Below, piece by piece: positions 27,632 to 36,999 of a stretch of 64,000 bases of DNA. The notes beneath the pieces were generated by a model. The model did not search any database and had not been told where the DNA came from. It was given only the letters and a program-made list of their open reading frames with translations. The position numbers and the translations under genes are program-made. The stretch is from Candidatus Danuiimicrobium aquiferis. Lineage in GTDB: Bacteria > Omnitrophota > Omnitrophia > Omnitrophales > Danuiimicrobiaceae. The stretch spans positions 34,383 through 98,382 of the forward strand of contig MHFR01000068.1 in assembly GCA_001804285.1 (NCBI GenBank), given 5' to 3'. Within the stretch, counting starts at the first letter, position 1, and each line of letters opens with the position of its first letter.

Positions 27632-27841
27632 ATGATCAAAGACGAAATTCTGACCCTCAAACAAGTCGCGATATTTTTAAAAGTAAGCCCTCTGACGATT
27701 CACCGTCTTACCAAAAAAGGAATCCTTCCCGGCGTGAAGATCGGAAATCAATGGCGCTATTGGCGTAAAAATATCGAGGTGATTTTGAAAAATCCGGAAA
27801 CATTGTCACAAGCCATGATGAAAAAACGAAAGGTTGCATGA
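27632..27841 (+). CDS. Excisionase/BldC-like HTH_17 DNA-binding protein
   Basis: EILTLKQVAIFLKVSPLTIHRL..KG.LPGVKIGNQWR. Confidence 0.88.
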   Translation: MIKDEILTLKQVAIFLKVSPLTIHRLTKKGILPGVKIGNQWRYWRKNIEVILKNPETLSQAMMKKRKVA

Positions 27842-28311
27842 TAATGAGGAATTGGGAATCGCTTTTAGGTACTCTTATTTATATTCTCGCCGCACTCATT
27901 GCGGCGCTTGCTGTGGTACAGCTTGTTGTGACGCCATTCAGGTTAGGCAGCCAAAAGTCAAGCGGCCATGCGTTAAGTTCGATTGATTCATTCCGGATGA
28001 CGAAATTGAAACCGTTGGAAGCATATAAGAGTGATTTTGCGAGCCATGCTCTTTTTTCAAAACTCAGAGTTGCCGTTGTTCCGAAAGGTCCGACGATAGA
28101 TGATTTACTCAAGCAATATTCGATTAACGGAATTATTCAAGGAGCGGTTCCGGATGTTTTGATTATGAATAATAGAACAAGACAAACGCAGATTTTGAGC
28201 GCCGGGCAAAGTTTCGATCAATTTAAAATCATACAAATTAAACAGCATTCCATCATGGTTGAATATCAAGGGCAACAAAAAGAACTATTTATTGCGGAGG
28301 GGCAACAATGA
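27838..28311 (+). CDS. GspC/PilP-like secretion accessory protein
   Basis: N-terminal TM; YSINGII...GQSFDQFKIIQIKQHSIMVEYQGQQKEL HR-like domain; precedes the secretin. Confidence 0.65.
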   Translation: MIMRNWESLLGTLIYILAALIAALAVVQLVVTPFRLGSQKSSGHALSSIDSFRMTKLKPLEAYKSDFASHALFSKLRVAVVPKGPTIDDLLKQYSINGIIQGAVPDVLIMNNRTRQTQILSAGQSFDQFKIIQIKQHSIMVEYQGQQKELFIAEGQQ

Positions 28312-30548
28312 AAACGGTAACGGAAAAAATAACTGCAATGCTGATTGCTTTCGTATTGATTTGGATGGCGCCGGTTCCTCTCTACGCACAGGGATTTGAT
28401 CCGCCGCAACAGAACTCGAACAGTGATCAATCCGGTAGTAATGCGGATCCCACAACTCAATTTGGTAGTAATGTGGATCCCACAGCGTTGCAGATGGATG
28501 TTTCCATACCGGATGCAACCGGAATGGGTCAACTGCCGGTGATGAATATGGAGCCCGGTTCGGACAGCCAGCGGATTACACTGGAACTCAAAGGAGTGGA
28601 TGTCCTGGATGTCCTTAAAATCCTTTCAAGCCGGTCCGGTCTTAATATTGTTGCCGGGAAGAATGTGCGGGGGCAGGTAACCATTTATCTGAAAGATGTT
28701 TTGATTCAGGAAGCCCTTGATACGATCGTTGCCGCCCTTGGCCTTGCCTATGAGGAGGAACAGGGAATTATCAAGGTCATGACGGATAAGGAATATGAAG
28801 CTATGTACGGCCGGATTTTCCGTGACCGTCGCGTGACAAAGACATTTAAGATTAAATATGCCGAACCGACGACGATTCAACAGGTGCTTCAGCAGCTCAA
28901 AGGGCCGCAGGGGAAAATTATTCTGGATGAACGGACGAATACATTAATTATACAGGACCTTCCTGAAATTATTGATGAAATTGAAAACGCGATTTCCGAG
29001 TTAGATCAGAAATTAGTGACAAAAGTATACAAACTGCAATATGCGCCGGTTGAGGATTTGGAAGAAAAGCTTTCGACTTTTTTAACGCCGGAAACGGGTG
29101 TCATTAAAATTGATCCGCGCACGAATATGGTGACGGTGACAGATCGCGAGGAAAAGATCCAGATGATCGATGAAATCGTAAAAGCGTTTGATAAAAGACC
29201 CAAGCAGGTATTAATCGAAGCACAAATAATCGAAGTTCAGCTTTACGATGCGTACAGATTTGGAATCGATTGGGATTATGTGAGAAGCCAAATGGGACAG
29301 CTGAAGGATGTTAACATCCAGCCAGGGTATGGAGTTCCTGTTGTTCCGGGATCTACTGGAGGTGGAGGGACACTGACGTCAATTACTGTTGGAGAAACTG
29401 GGATGGCCGGGCTCAGTAATATGGTAATTCGTATTTTGCAGAACGTCGGCAAAACAAATACATTGGCATCTCCGCGTTTGTCCGTTCTCAATAATGAAGA
29501 AGCAAAATTGGCTGTAACGACGAAGGAACCATATATCGTGTCGGACACGACGTATGCGACTTCCGGGTCATCTTCAGTGCCTTATGTAGCAGAAAAACCG
29601 GAATTTGTGGATGTCGGAGTAGCGCTATCGGTTGTCCCGACCATTTCTGATGATAATACGATTATTTTGAAGATTAAACCTGAAGTGAGCAATACGAATG
29701 CTCCCGACTTTGAATACGATACAGCGGCAGGTACTGTGGATACGGCCATATCAAGATCTATTCCGGTTGTAGCTTCTCAAACACTTGAAACAACGGTTAT
29801 CGTTAAATCCGGTGAAACTATTATTCTTGGTGGATTGATTAATGATTCAGAATCTAAAACAAGGGAGAAAGTGCCTGTTTTGGGTGATATTCCGGTTATC
29901 GGGGCTTTGTTTAGAAAAACATCAGATACATTTACGAAAGATGAATTAGTTATTTTTCTTACGCCGCATATTATTTCTGGAGATGCTAGTTCCAGTGAGC
30001 AGGCGAAGTATCTTGATAATAACGGTCGCTTAATCAATTTTGATAAAGCGGGAGGTTATGACTTTGGGTTGGCCCAAAAACATTCACAAGGGGCGGCAAG
30101 GATTGATAACCGGCCGTATTGGAAAATCGATAAGCCAAAATGGCCGCAATATGCAATTCCACCGGATGTTTATACGCGATCAAAACCGTATGCGGATCGT
30201 ATGAATGAATTTGAAGGAGGAAAGGAAGGGAAAGTTATTCCGCCGAAGGAGACACTCATCGATGAATACCAGCAGCAAGTCGGGGCGCAGGTGTCTGCGA
30301 GTCTGGAAGCTGTTGAGGAAATTCAAAGTTTGGAAGGCAATATGGATTTGGCTTTGACCATCCGGAGAGACGGCGTGCTTGAAGAGGTTTCCTTTATCGA
30401 TGTCGGGCCGGTCAAAAAACGGGACGTGCGATACAAGATTTTGGATGCGATTAAAGGAGCCGGACAATTTCCGGCATTTCCGAAGGGGTTGGATTCGGCG
30501 AAAGAAACTTTGGATTTGAGGTTTGAGTTGGAGAGTGAAAAGATATAA
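28308..30548 (+). CDS. Secretin (GspD/PilQ family) with a C-terminal TonB-C/TolA-like domain
   Basis: N0 ITLELKGVDV, DERTNTLII, QVLIEAQIIEV, ASPRLSVLNNEEA, KVPVLGDIPVIGALF, ELVIFLTPHI, plus about 190 extra C-terminal aa. Confidence 0.92.
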   Translation: MKTVTEKITAMLIAFVLIWMAPVPLYAQGFDPPQQNSNSDQSGSNADPTTQFGSNVDPTALQMDVSIPDATGMGQLPVMNMEPGSDSQRITLELKGVDVLDVLKILSSRSGLNIVAGKNVRGQVTIYLKDVLIQEALDTIVAALGLAYEEEQGIIKVMTDKEYEAMYGRIFRDRRVTKTFKIKYAEPTTIQQVLQQLKGPQGKIILDERTNTLIIQDLPEIIDEIENAISELDQKLVTKVYKLQYAPVEDLEEKLSTFLTPETGVIKIDPRTNMVTVTDREEKIQMIDEIVKAFDKRPKQVLIEAQIIEVQLYDAYRFGIDWDYVRSQMGQLKDVNIQPGYGVPVVPGSTGGGGTLTSITVGETGMAGLSNMVIRILQNVGKTNTLASPRLSVLNNEEAKLAVTTKEPYIVSDTTYATSGSSSVPYVAEKPEFVDVGVALSVVPTISDDNTIILKIKPEVSNTNAPDFEYDTAAGTVDTAISRSIPVVASQTLETTVIVKSGETIILGGLINDSESKTREKVPVLGDIPVIGALFRKTSDTFTKDELVIFLTPHIISGDASSSEQAKYLDNNGRLINFDKAGGYDFGLAQKHSQGAARIDNRPYWKIDKPKWPQYAIPPDVYTRSKPYADRMNEFEGGKEGKVIPPKETLIDEYQQQVGAQVSASLEAVEEIQSLEGNMDLALTIRRDGVLEEVSFIDVGPVKKRDVRYKILDAIKGAGQFPAFPKGLDSAKETLDLRFELESEKI

Positions 30549-30558
30549 GGCGTATCTA

Positions 30559-30835
30559 TTTAGCGTTTTGAAGTAATTATTTGTAAAAGGTTTTCAACTT
30601 TTTTGTCATTCCCGCGAAAGCGGGAATCCAGACGCCGCTTTGGGCTCCCCGGACTTGTCCGGGGGGGAATGGCGCCCGAAGGGCGAGCCGAGCAGGGAAA
30701 GAGAAAATTCCCAGCGAGGCCAGATGTTGAAAGGTGCCCCGGGCTTGCCCGGGGGGAAACCACAAGCCATGGATGCCCGCTTAAAACATGCGAGCATGAC
30801 ACAAGTTGACGTATTTGCTACTTCAAAGCGCTAAA
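30559..30835. mobile_element. Nested MITE-like composite: 17-bp TIRs enclosing a REP dimer enclosing further palindromes
   Basis: TTTAGCGTTTTGAAGTA (30559-30575) and TACTTCAAAGCGCTAAA (30819-30835); REP arms 30604-30630 and ~30770-30801; inner CCCCGGACTTGTCCGGGG and CCCCGGGCTTGCCCGGGG. Confidence 0.75.
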
Positions 30836-30870
30836 AAGATACGTGTAAGGTGTCAGGCATAAGGATCAAT

Positions 30871-32052
30871 ATGGAGATTAAAAATAAAAGCATTATTTCA
30901 CCGGCTAAAATTAAAATCATTAAGAAGCCGGCGATGCGGAATATCGAGTCAACGGAAACTCCGGATGCTGAAAAAAAACAACCGCGGGCCCGGTTCCAAT
31001 TTTCGTTTGCTCAAAAATCGGTTTCTGCTCAAACGATTTCTGATTTTTTTGATCAACTTTCCACATTGCTGGCATCCGGCATTTCTTTGCTCCGCGCGCT
31101 TGAATTTACACGCGGCGGAATCCGGAACGCGAAATTAAATGAAGCGATCGGCCACTTGATCGAAAAAATCAGTTCGGGTTCACAGCTTTCGGAGTCGCTC
31201 GCGGATTATCCGGAAATTTTTGACCGCGTGGTACTCGGAATGATCAAAGCCGCGGAAGCAAGCGGACGTTTGGAACAGTTGTGCGCCGAGCTTTCTAAGT
31301 CGTTTGCGGCAAGGGCGGAAATGAAGAACCGGATTATCCAGGCCCTTTCGTATCCCTTTCTGGTGGCCTCGGTCGGTGTGATCACTGTGTGTGTGTTGCT
31401 GGTTTTTGTGGTTCCGAAATTAACTACCGTTTTTGATTTATGGGAAACGAAACTTCCGCTCGTGACACGAATCCTTTTGGGAACGGCGAGTTTTATGAGC
31501 CACGGCGGAATTCTGGTTCCCGTTGCTTTGGGTGTGATCGGTTTTATTGTATATAACATGTTATCTCACGAAAGAAAGAAGCAAGTGATGCATGAAACCG
31601 TCGGCCATATGCCCTATATCAACCGGATTATATTTCTGACAGATTTTGTCCGCTTAACCCGGACATGGGGGATGTTGATCCGGAGCGGGGTTCCCTTGAT
31701 AGAGGCGATTCAATCGAGCAAGGAAGTTCTCTGGGATCCCAAAATGCGAAAGGATCTTGACGATGTTCGGGAAAAAACGATTCGTGGCACGTCGCTTCAA
31801 GAGTCGGTCAAGGAAGTGGCGTGGTTCCCGGAACTTGCGCATAATTTTCTTGCGGTCGGTGAAGAGACCAGCACGCTGGATGAATCATTCGAGAAAATCG
31901 CGAATTTTTATGAACGGGAACTGGATCGAAAAGTGAAAGTGATGGGGACGTATCTTGAGCCCATATTAATTTTGAGCATTGGATTGGTTGTCGGATTTTT
32001 GGTGATCGCATTGTTATTACCTATTTTTGAAATGAGCTTAGTTGTGAAATGA
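30871..32052 (+). CDS. gspF: Type II secretion/T4P platform protein (GspF/PilC)
   Basis: FFDQLSTLLASGISL, AEASGRL, ALSYP, VGEETSTL, EPILIL...LLPIF. Confidence 0.92.
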   Translation: MEIKNKSIISPAKIKIIKKPAMRNIESTETPDAEKKQPRARFQFSFAQKSVSAQTISDFFDQLSTLLASGISLLRALEFTRGGIRNAKLNEAIGHLIEKISSGSQLSESLADYPEIFDRVVLGMIKAAEASGRLEQLCAELSKSFAARAEMKNRIIQALSYPFLVASVGVITVCVLLVFVVPKLTTVFDLWETKLPLVTRILLGTASFMSHGGILVPVALGVIGFIVYNMLSHERKKQVMHETVGHMPYINRIIFLTDFVRLTRTWGMLIRSGVPLIEAIQSSKEVLWDPKMRKDLDDVREKTIRGTSLQESVKEVAWFPELAHNFLAVGEETSTLDESFEKIANFYERELDRKVKVMGTYLEPILILSIGLVVGFLVIALLLPIFEMSLVVK

Positions 32053-32846
32053 GAAGGATGACCCCCATGATGCTTGCGCTGATTTTAACTTATGTTTTAC
32101 AAATTCCATTTAATGGAGCTGAAGTGGCCAAAGACTGGGCAAATCTGAAAGGAGACCATTTTGTCATTTATCACCAGGCGGCTAACAGTGCGTTTTCCCG
32201 GGAGACCTTGCGGCGCGCCGAACAGTATTACGACAAAATTGCGAAAGAATTGGGTTATTCAAGACGCGATAATTTTTGGCTTTGGGAAAACCGGTGCGCG
32301 ATTTATTTATTTGAAAGCAAAGAAGCGTTTTCCAAGGTGACTCAACAAGCGGTTTGGTCGAGCGGATTTGCGATTCCCGATAAACGGGCAATTATTTCTT
32401 ATGAGGGAGCTACCGATTTTTTGGAATCTATTTTGTCGCATGAACTTGCGCATTTAATTTTCCGTGATTTTGTCGGGCTTGGGAACCAGACGATCCCGCT
32501 TTGGATGGATGAAGGCGTTGCGATGTCTCAGGAAGAATCCCGGCGCCCGTTTTTTGATCATTTGGTCAAGCAGATGATTTCCCAGAACAAATGGGTAGCG
32601 ATTCCGGATCTGACGCAAATCCAGTCACTTCAGGGAATTACCGTTAATGAAGCGGCCGTGTTTTATGCGGAATCGCAAAGTTTAGCGCGATATCTTTTAG
32701 CGGCTGATCATCCCGAAAGGTTTATACAAATGTGCCGTGATTTGAGGGACGGGAAATCAATCGATCAATCATTGAGCAAAAACTACCCCAAAAAATTTCC
32801 GTCTGTTTCAGATCTCGAACAAAATTGGGTTGAAAACAGTGGCTAA
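32049..32846 (+). CDS. Secreted peptidase MA-like (gluzincin) protein
   Basis: Signal peptide, HELAH...WMDEGVA, FYAES. Confidence 0.8.
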   Translation: MRRMTPMMLALILTYVLQIPFNGAEVAKDWANLKGDHFVIYHQAANSAFSRETLRRAEQYYDKIAKELGYSRRDNFWLWENRCAIYLFESKEAFSKVTQQAVWSSGFAIPDKRAIISYEGATDFLESILSHELAHLIFRDFVGLGNQTIPLWMDEGVAMSQEESRRPFFDHLVKQMISQNKWVAIPDLTQIQSLQGITVNEAAVFYAESQSLARYLLAADHPERFIQMCRDLRDGKSIDQSLSKNYPKKFPSVSDLEQNWVENSG

Positions 32847-33345
32847 GCTACGCGGTTTTACCTTAATTGAATTGCTGGTGGTTTTGGCTCTGGTGGTGAT
32901 TGTGACCGGGCTCGTTACGGTGCGGTTTGTCGGCAGTGTTCAGGAACGAAGTTTGGAGCAGTATGTGCGCGAGATGTCGGCGTATTTACGCTTTCTTCAA
33001 TTCAAAGCGATTGAAGATGGCAATGTCCTTAAAATATTTTTTAATGAAGAGACCAAAGAGGTTGAAAGCATGAAGCTCGAGAAAGAGAGCCAGAGGGAAG
33101 ACGGGAGGAAAAACAAGAAAAAGGAATTCGTTCCCATGAAGACACCGTTTTCTCAGAAGGCAAATGGGAATAAGGATTTTGGAATCCGGCTCAAAAGCGG
33201 AGATGAAATTTATTTTTTTCCTGACGGCAGCGTGACGAAAAATACCGTTATTATTTCCGATCAGGTTGATGAGCGCGCAACAATCGAAATTAAAAACCGG
33301 TTGGGTTTATTCAAAGTCAATTTCAATGAAAAAACGCCGTATTAG
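32830..33345 (+). CDS. Minor pseudopilin (GspH-like)
   Basis: RG|FTLIELLVV N-methylation site; IYFFPDGS. Confidence 0.85.
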   Translation: MKTVAKLRGFTLIELLVVLALVVIVTGLVTVRFVGSVQERSLEQYVREMSAYLRFLQFKAIEDGNVLKIFFNEETKEVESMKLEKESQREDGRKNKKKEFVPMKTPFSQKANGNKDFGIRLKSGDEIYFFPDGSVTKNTVIISDQVDERATIEIKNRLGLFKVNFNEKTPY

Positions 33346-33841
33346 AGGGGCTTTACTCTTTGAAACGTTTATAGCGCTGATGATCCTTTCAATAGGTATC
33401 GTGAGTGTTTTGCGGATTTTTGGAGAATCGCTATTTGTCGGGCGCCAAAACGAAGAACGAAGAGAACTGAAAACAGGGATCGATAAGGCATTGTTTGAGT
33501 GGTTTGCATACCCGCAGGGCGTTTCGCTCTCGGAAGAAGGGTATCTGATGATGCCCCTTGAAACCGAAAGGAAAGGTTCCGATTTGTATTTTGAGATAAA
33601 AGGAGAAAAGATGATTCCGATCGGGCAGGAGCCAAAAGACGAGCAGGCGGAAAACGGTGCGCAAACGCAGCCGGTGAGTCAATTCGGTATTACGCCAAAT
33701 TTAAACATGAATGAATATATCAAAGTCAAAGGCAATATCATGCGCGGCCGGCACACGCCTATTTACGATATGGATACAGTCATTTTAAAAATAAAGAAAC
33801 CGGAGAATATGCAGCAGCAAACGAACCGAGGTTTTTCGTGA
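33326..33841 (+). CDS. Minor pseudopilin (GspI/PilV-like)
   Basis: MKKRRIRG|ALLFETFIALMILSIG. Start reassigned to ATG 33326. Confidence 0.75.
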   Translation: MKKRRIRGALLFETFIALMILSIGIVSVLRIFGESLFVGRQNEERRELKTGIDKALFEWFAYPQGVSLSEEGYLMMPLETERKGSDLYFEIKGEKMIPIGQEPKDEQAENGAQTQPVSQFGITPNLNMNEYIKVKGNIMRGRHTPIYDMDTVILKIKKPENMQQQTNRGFS

Positions 33842-34485
33842 GCGATAAGAGAAATTTGACTGAAACTGCTTCCAATTATGCGGGTTTTACCTTGGTCGAA
33901 CTCTTGGTTGTTCTGGCCATTATTTCGGTGACATTGACCGTCCTTTACACGAGTTTTCGCACGGGGTTGCTCGCCTATCAAAAGATGGAAGAAAATTTGA
34001 TGGACCGGCGCGAAGCGGAAATTTTCATGATGCAATTCGAGCATGAATTAAAAAATGCAATCCCTTACTATAATAAAGATTCCGAGCAATTCTTTGTCGG
34101 AGATGAACGTGATTTAAAATTTCCCGCGAAACTTGTTCGCTATTCGCAGAAAGGAATGGAGGAAGGTCTGTTTATGGTTGAATATCAGGTCAGAGGTCAA
34201 TCGTTAGTCCGGAAAGAAAAAAAGATGGTCAAAAAATTTAAAGACCGTTCTTCATCGCGGGAAGTGAAAGAAACGTTGTTTAATAAATTAAAAAAATGCC
34301 GGTTTGAATATTTGTTTGTTGACGATTCGGATAAATTGTTTTGGGACAAGGAATGGACGAATAGTCCGTATCTGGGAGTTCCGAGAGGTGTTCGATTGAT
34401 CATGAGGGGGGATTCGTTCGGAATCCAAGAAAAAAGTTATGAAATTTTAATTCCACACGGGATTTTATTACAAAAAAATGCGTAA
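33838..34485 (+). CDS. Minor pseudopilin (GspJ-like)
   Basis: AG|FTLVELLVV; W...W...PRGVRL C-terminal pattern. Confidence 0.85.
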   Translation: MSDKRNLTETASNYAGFTLVELLVVLAIISVTLTVLYTSFRTGLLAYQKMEENLMDRREAEIFMMQFEHELKNAIPYYNKDSEQFFVGDERDLKFPAKLVRYSQKGMEEGLFMVEYQVRGQSLVRKEKKMVKKFKDRSSSREVKETLFNKLKKCRFEYLFVDDSDKLFWDKEWTNSPYLGVPRGVRLIMRGDSFGIQEKSYEILIPHGILLQKNA

Positions 34486-35593
34486 ATATCAATATCATCA
34501 AGGAAGTGTATTGATTTTATTTTTATGGGTGATGATCCTCTTGTCGCTTTTTGCGGTAAGTATTGCGCTCAGGACGCGCCTTGCTACCAAAATTGAAGGT
34601 TACGAAATGAACCAGTTTGAGTTAAGTTACGATTATTTGACAGCTGTTAATTTAGCACGGTATTTTATCGATTCGGATCAGGATTCTAATGTTGATCATC
34701 CGGGAGACGTTTGGTGCGGCGCACCGCGCGGGTTCAAGGAAATGGAGTTTTCGAAACGGTTTGGGCTGGAAATTACCGACGAAGAAAGCAAAATTAATAT
34801 CAATATTGCCTCGGAACCGTTTTTAATTAATTTCTTTGATTTACTCAAAACGAAAAAATATTCGCTTAAAACAAATTCTAAAAAAATAGCTGGAAGTATC
34901 ATTGCGTGGCGGGGTGGTTCTGTTGCGCAAGGGCCTTCTACTCTGGGGACAAAGCAAAAAATGGGGCCGTTTGAGAGTCTTGATGAGCTTTTATTGATTC
35001 AATCGATTGATTCCGAAGATGCTGAAAAATTAAAGCCTTTTCTGACGGTTTATGGAATGGCCTATGGCGCAATGAAAGTCAATCTCAATACCGTTCATCG
35101 GTATGTTTTAGAAGCTTTGATTTCATCCCTGAGCGGAGATGCCTCCGATAAAAAGAGGCTCTTTGAAAGTATTGAGGAGTATCGGACATTAACCGCGAAT
35201 TCGCAAAACACGGCGGCTCAAGATGAAAATGCCACAGAAAATTCGACTTCAAATATAAAACAATTTTTTAACCGGGACGATATGGCAAATATAGCTCAAT
35301 TTATGGTGAAGGTAGGGTTGCCGGTTCAGCTGCAGGGGCCCTATGGCCAGATGGGAAGTGTGCCGAATTTAATCCGGCAGCTTTTTTACTATGTGAAAGT
35401 GAACTCTGATTATTTTCATGTCGAAGTCCGTTCAAGACTTCCGGGAAAAGAGTCGTTTGTATTAGAAACTGTTTTGGGGGCCAGAGTGATTCCGAGATTT
35501 CGCGTGACTCCGATAGGTGTTTCGTTTGGCCAGACAGGAAAGATGGTTGCGATTCCTCTTGAAATTCTTTCATGGCAAGAAAGGGTGTTCTGA
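34478..35593 (+). CDS. gspK: Minor pseudopilin GspK
   Basis: QG|SVLILFLWV, ITDEESKININ, FESLDELLLI, LKPFLTVY, VNLNT. Confidence 0.88.
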   Translation: MRKYQYHQGSVLILFLWVMILLSLFAVSIALRTRLATKIEGYEMNQFELSYDYLTAVNLARYFIDSDQDSNVDHPGDVWCGAPRGFKEMEFSKRFGLEITDEESKININIASEPFLINFFDLLKTKKYSLKTNSKKIAGSIIAWRGGSVAQGPSTLGTKQKMGPFESLDELLLIQSIDSEDAEKLKPFLTVYGMAYGAMKVNLNTVHRYVLEALISSLSGDASDKKRLFESIEEYRTLTANSQNTAAQDENATENSTSNIKQFFNRDDMANIAQFMVKVGLPVQLQGPYGQMGSVPNLIRQLFYYVKVNSDYFHVEVRSRLPGKESFVLETVLGARVIPRFRVTPIGVSFGQTGKMVAIPLEILSWQERVF

Positions 35594-36999
35594 TGTTGAT
35601 AGGGAAAAAAGGTTCAATCTTCGGTATCAGCTATTTTCATGGCGATGAGCTTCATGTTGTGTTCATTGACCATGCCCATGGGCAGACCCGGGTGATCGGA
35701 AAGGAAACTATTTCCGTGCGGAGCAGTGAGAATCTTTCCGCCGCCGATCATACCCTGGTTGAATTCAGAAAACGGATTTTGTCTTATCGGGCGCGGATAC
35801 AGTCATGGGTGCATCTTGTGTTTAGAAATGTTTCGATCGTCAAAGTTTTTCCGGTGCCGCAAGTCCCTGAGACGGAATTGGATCAAGCGATTACCAACAG
35901 GGTCCATGCCGAAATTCCGTATCTTTCCGAAGAAGTAATTTTGCATCAGGTGCTTCAGGAAGCGCAACAAGGAAAAGAATCACAGGTGCTTCTGTTCGGG
36001 GTTTCTAAAGGCGTTCTGGGAGAACAATTAAAAAGGCTTGAAGCGTTTGGAGTTATTCCCGATCGAGTGGTCCTTTCAACAGAAGCTCTGGGGTGGTTAT
36101 ATCGCACCAAAGTTTTTCCGGAAGAAAATCCGAAAGATCTGGTATTAATGGTTTATTTTTTTAATGGACATGTCGAATTGCTCTTTTTTGAAGATCATGT
36201 GTTACTTCAGAGCAGGTGGCTGTCGCAAGAAGCTAATCAGGGCGTTGGCATGCAAGAATCTATCCGAGCGACCATCGCGGCCTTTCAGCGGGAGTGGCAC
36301 CGGAAACCGGAACAAATCTATGTGGCCGGATTGAGTTCATCAAATGCCGAGGCGATGAGCAGTGACCCGTCCTATTCTGTTAAAGTGATGATGGAAGATT
36401 CAAATCAAGAGGGGCATCCTCCGGCGCTTTTTAATGCGGTGATAGAATCTATTTCGTCGGATGAAATTTTTGATTATACGCTCTCTTCCTATAAAGAAGT
36501 TCGTGATCAGAAAAGTCGTGTTGTTGGGCGGTCAAAGATAGCTTCTTCTGTTTTTTGTCTAACGGCGGCTCTTCTATTATTGGCACTTGTTCAGGTTGGG
36601 ATTGTGTTCGGGCAAATCAGCTGGTTCCAATTTCGAACCGGAACATTCTCAGCTGACGTTAAAGAAATTAAAAAAATGCATCAGGAAGCAGTCGCGATCG
36701 TGGATTTTTATGAAAAAAAAGCACTTCCGATCGAGACGGTCGCTTCACTCCGCGAAGCGATTTCAACGGAGATGCTCTTGCGTGAAGTCGAGTATGACTT
36801 TGACAAGCGGACGATTTCGGTTCGGGGGATTGCGCCCGATCAGGCTTTGGTTGATCAATTTATTGCCAAATTGGAACAGGGTGGTTTTTATGAAAAGCTG
36901 AAATTAGAACGTATTCAGGCGGAGCAAAGTGATCAGGCGAAAACGGTTTTTGATTTTTCTTTTGAAGGGCATATAAAGGTAACCAGTGAATCAAATTAA
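35593..36999 (+). CDS. GspL-like (PilM-PilN fusion) assembly protein
   Basis: Actin-like N-terminal region, TM helix, PilN-like C-terminal ISVRGIA..VDQFIAKLE; operon position. Confidence 0.7.
   Translation: MLIGKKGSIFGISYFHGDELHVVFIDHAHGQTRVIGKETISVRSSENLSAADHTLVEFRKRILSYRARIQSWVHLVFRNVSIVKVFPVPQVPETELDQAITNRVHAEIPYLSEEVILHQVLQEAQQGKESQVLLFGVSKGVLGEQLKRLEAFGVIPDRVVLSTEALGWLYRTKVFPEENPKDLVLMVYFFNGHVELLFFEDHVLLQSRWLSQEANQGVGMQESIRATIAAFQREWHRKPEQIYVAGLSSSNAEAMSSDPSYSVKVMMEDSNQEGHPPALFNAVIESISSDEIFDYTLSSYKEVRDQKSRVVGRSKIASSVFCLTAALLLLALVQVGIVFGQISWFQFRTGTFSADVKEIKKMHQEAVAIVDFYEKKALPIETVASLREAISTEMLLREVEYDFDKRTISVRGIAPDQALVDQFIAKLEQGGFYEKLKLERIQAEQSDQAKTVFDFSFEGHIKVTSESN

Noticed and set aside
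27632-27841. Prophage or ICE excisionase
   Set aside because: No integrase, att site or phage genes nearby, and it is coupled to the secretion operon.
30560-30834. Five overlapping short ORFs
   Set aside because: They are by-products of the GC-rich nested palindrome and have no RBS or protein features.
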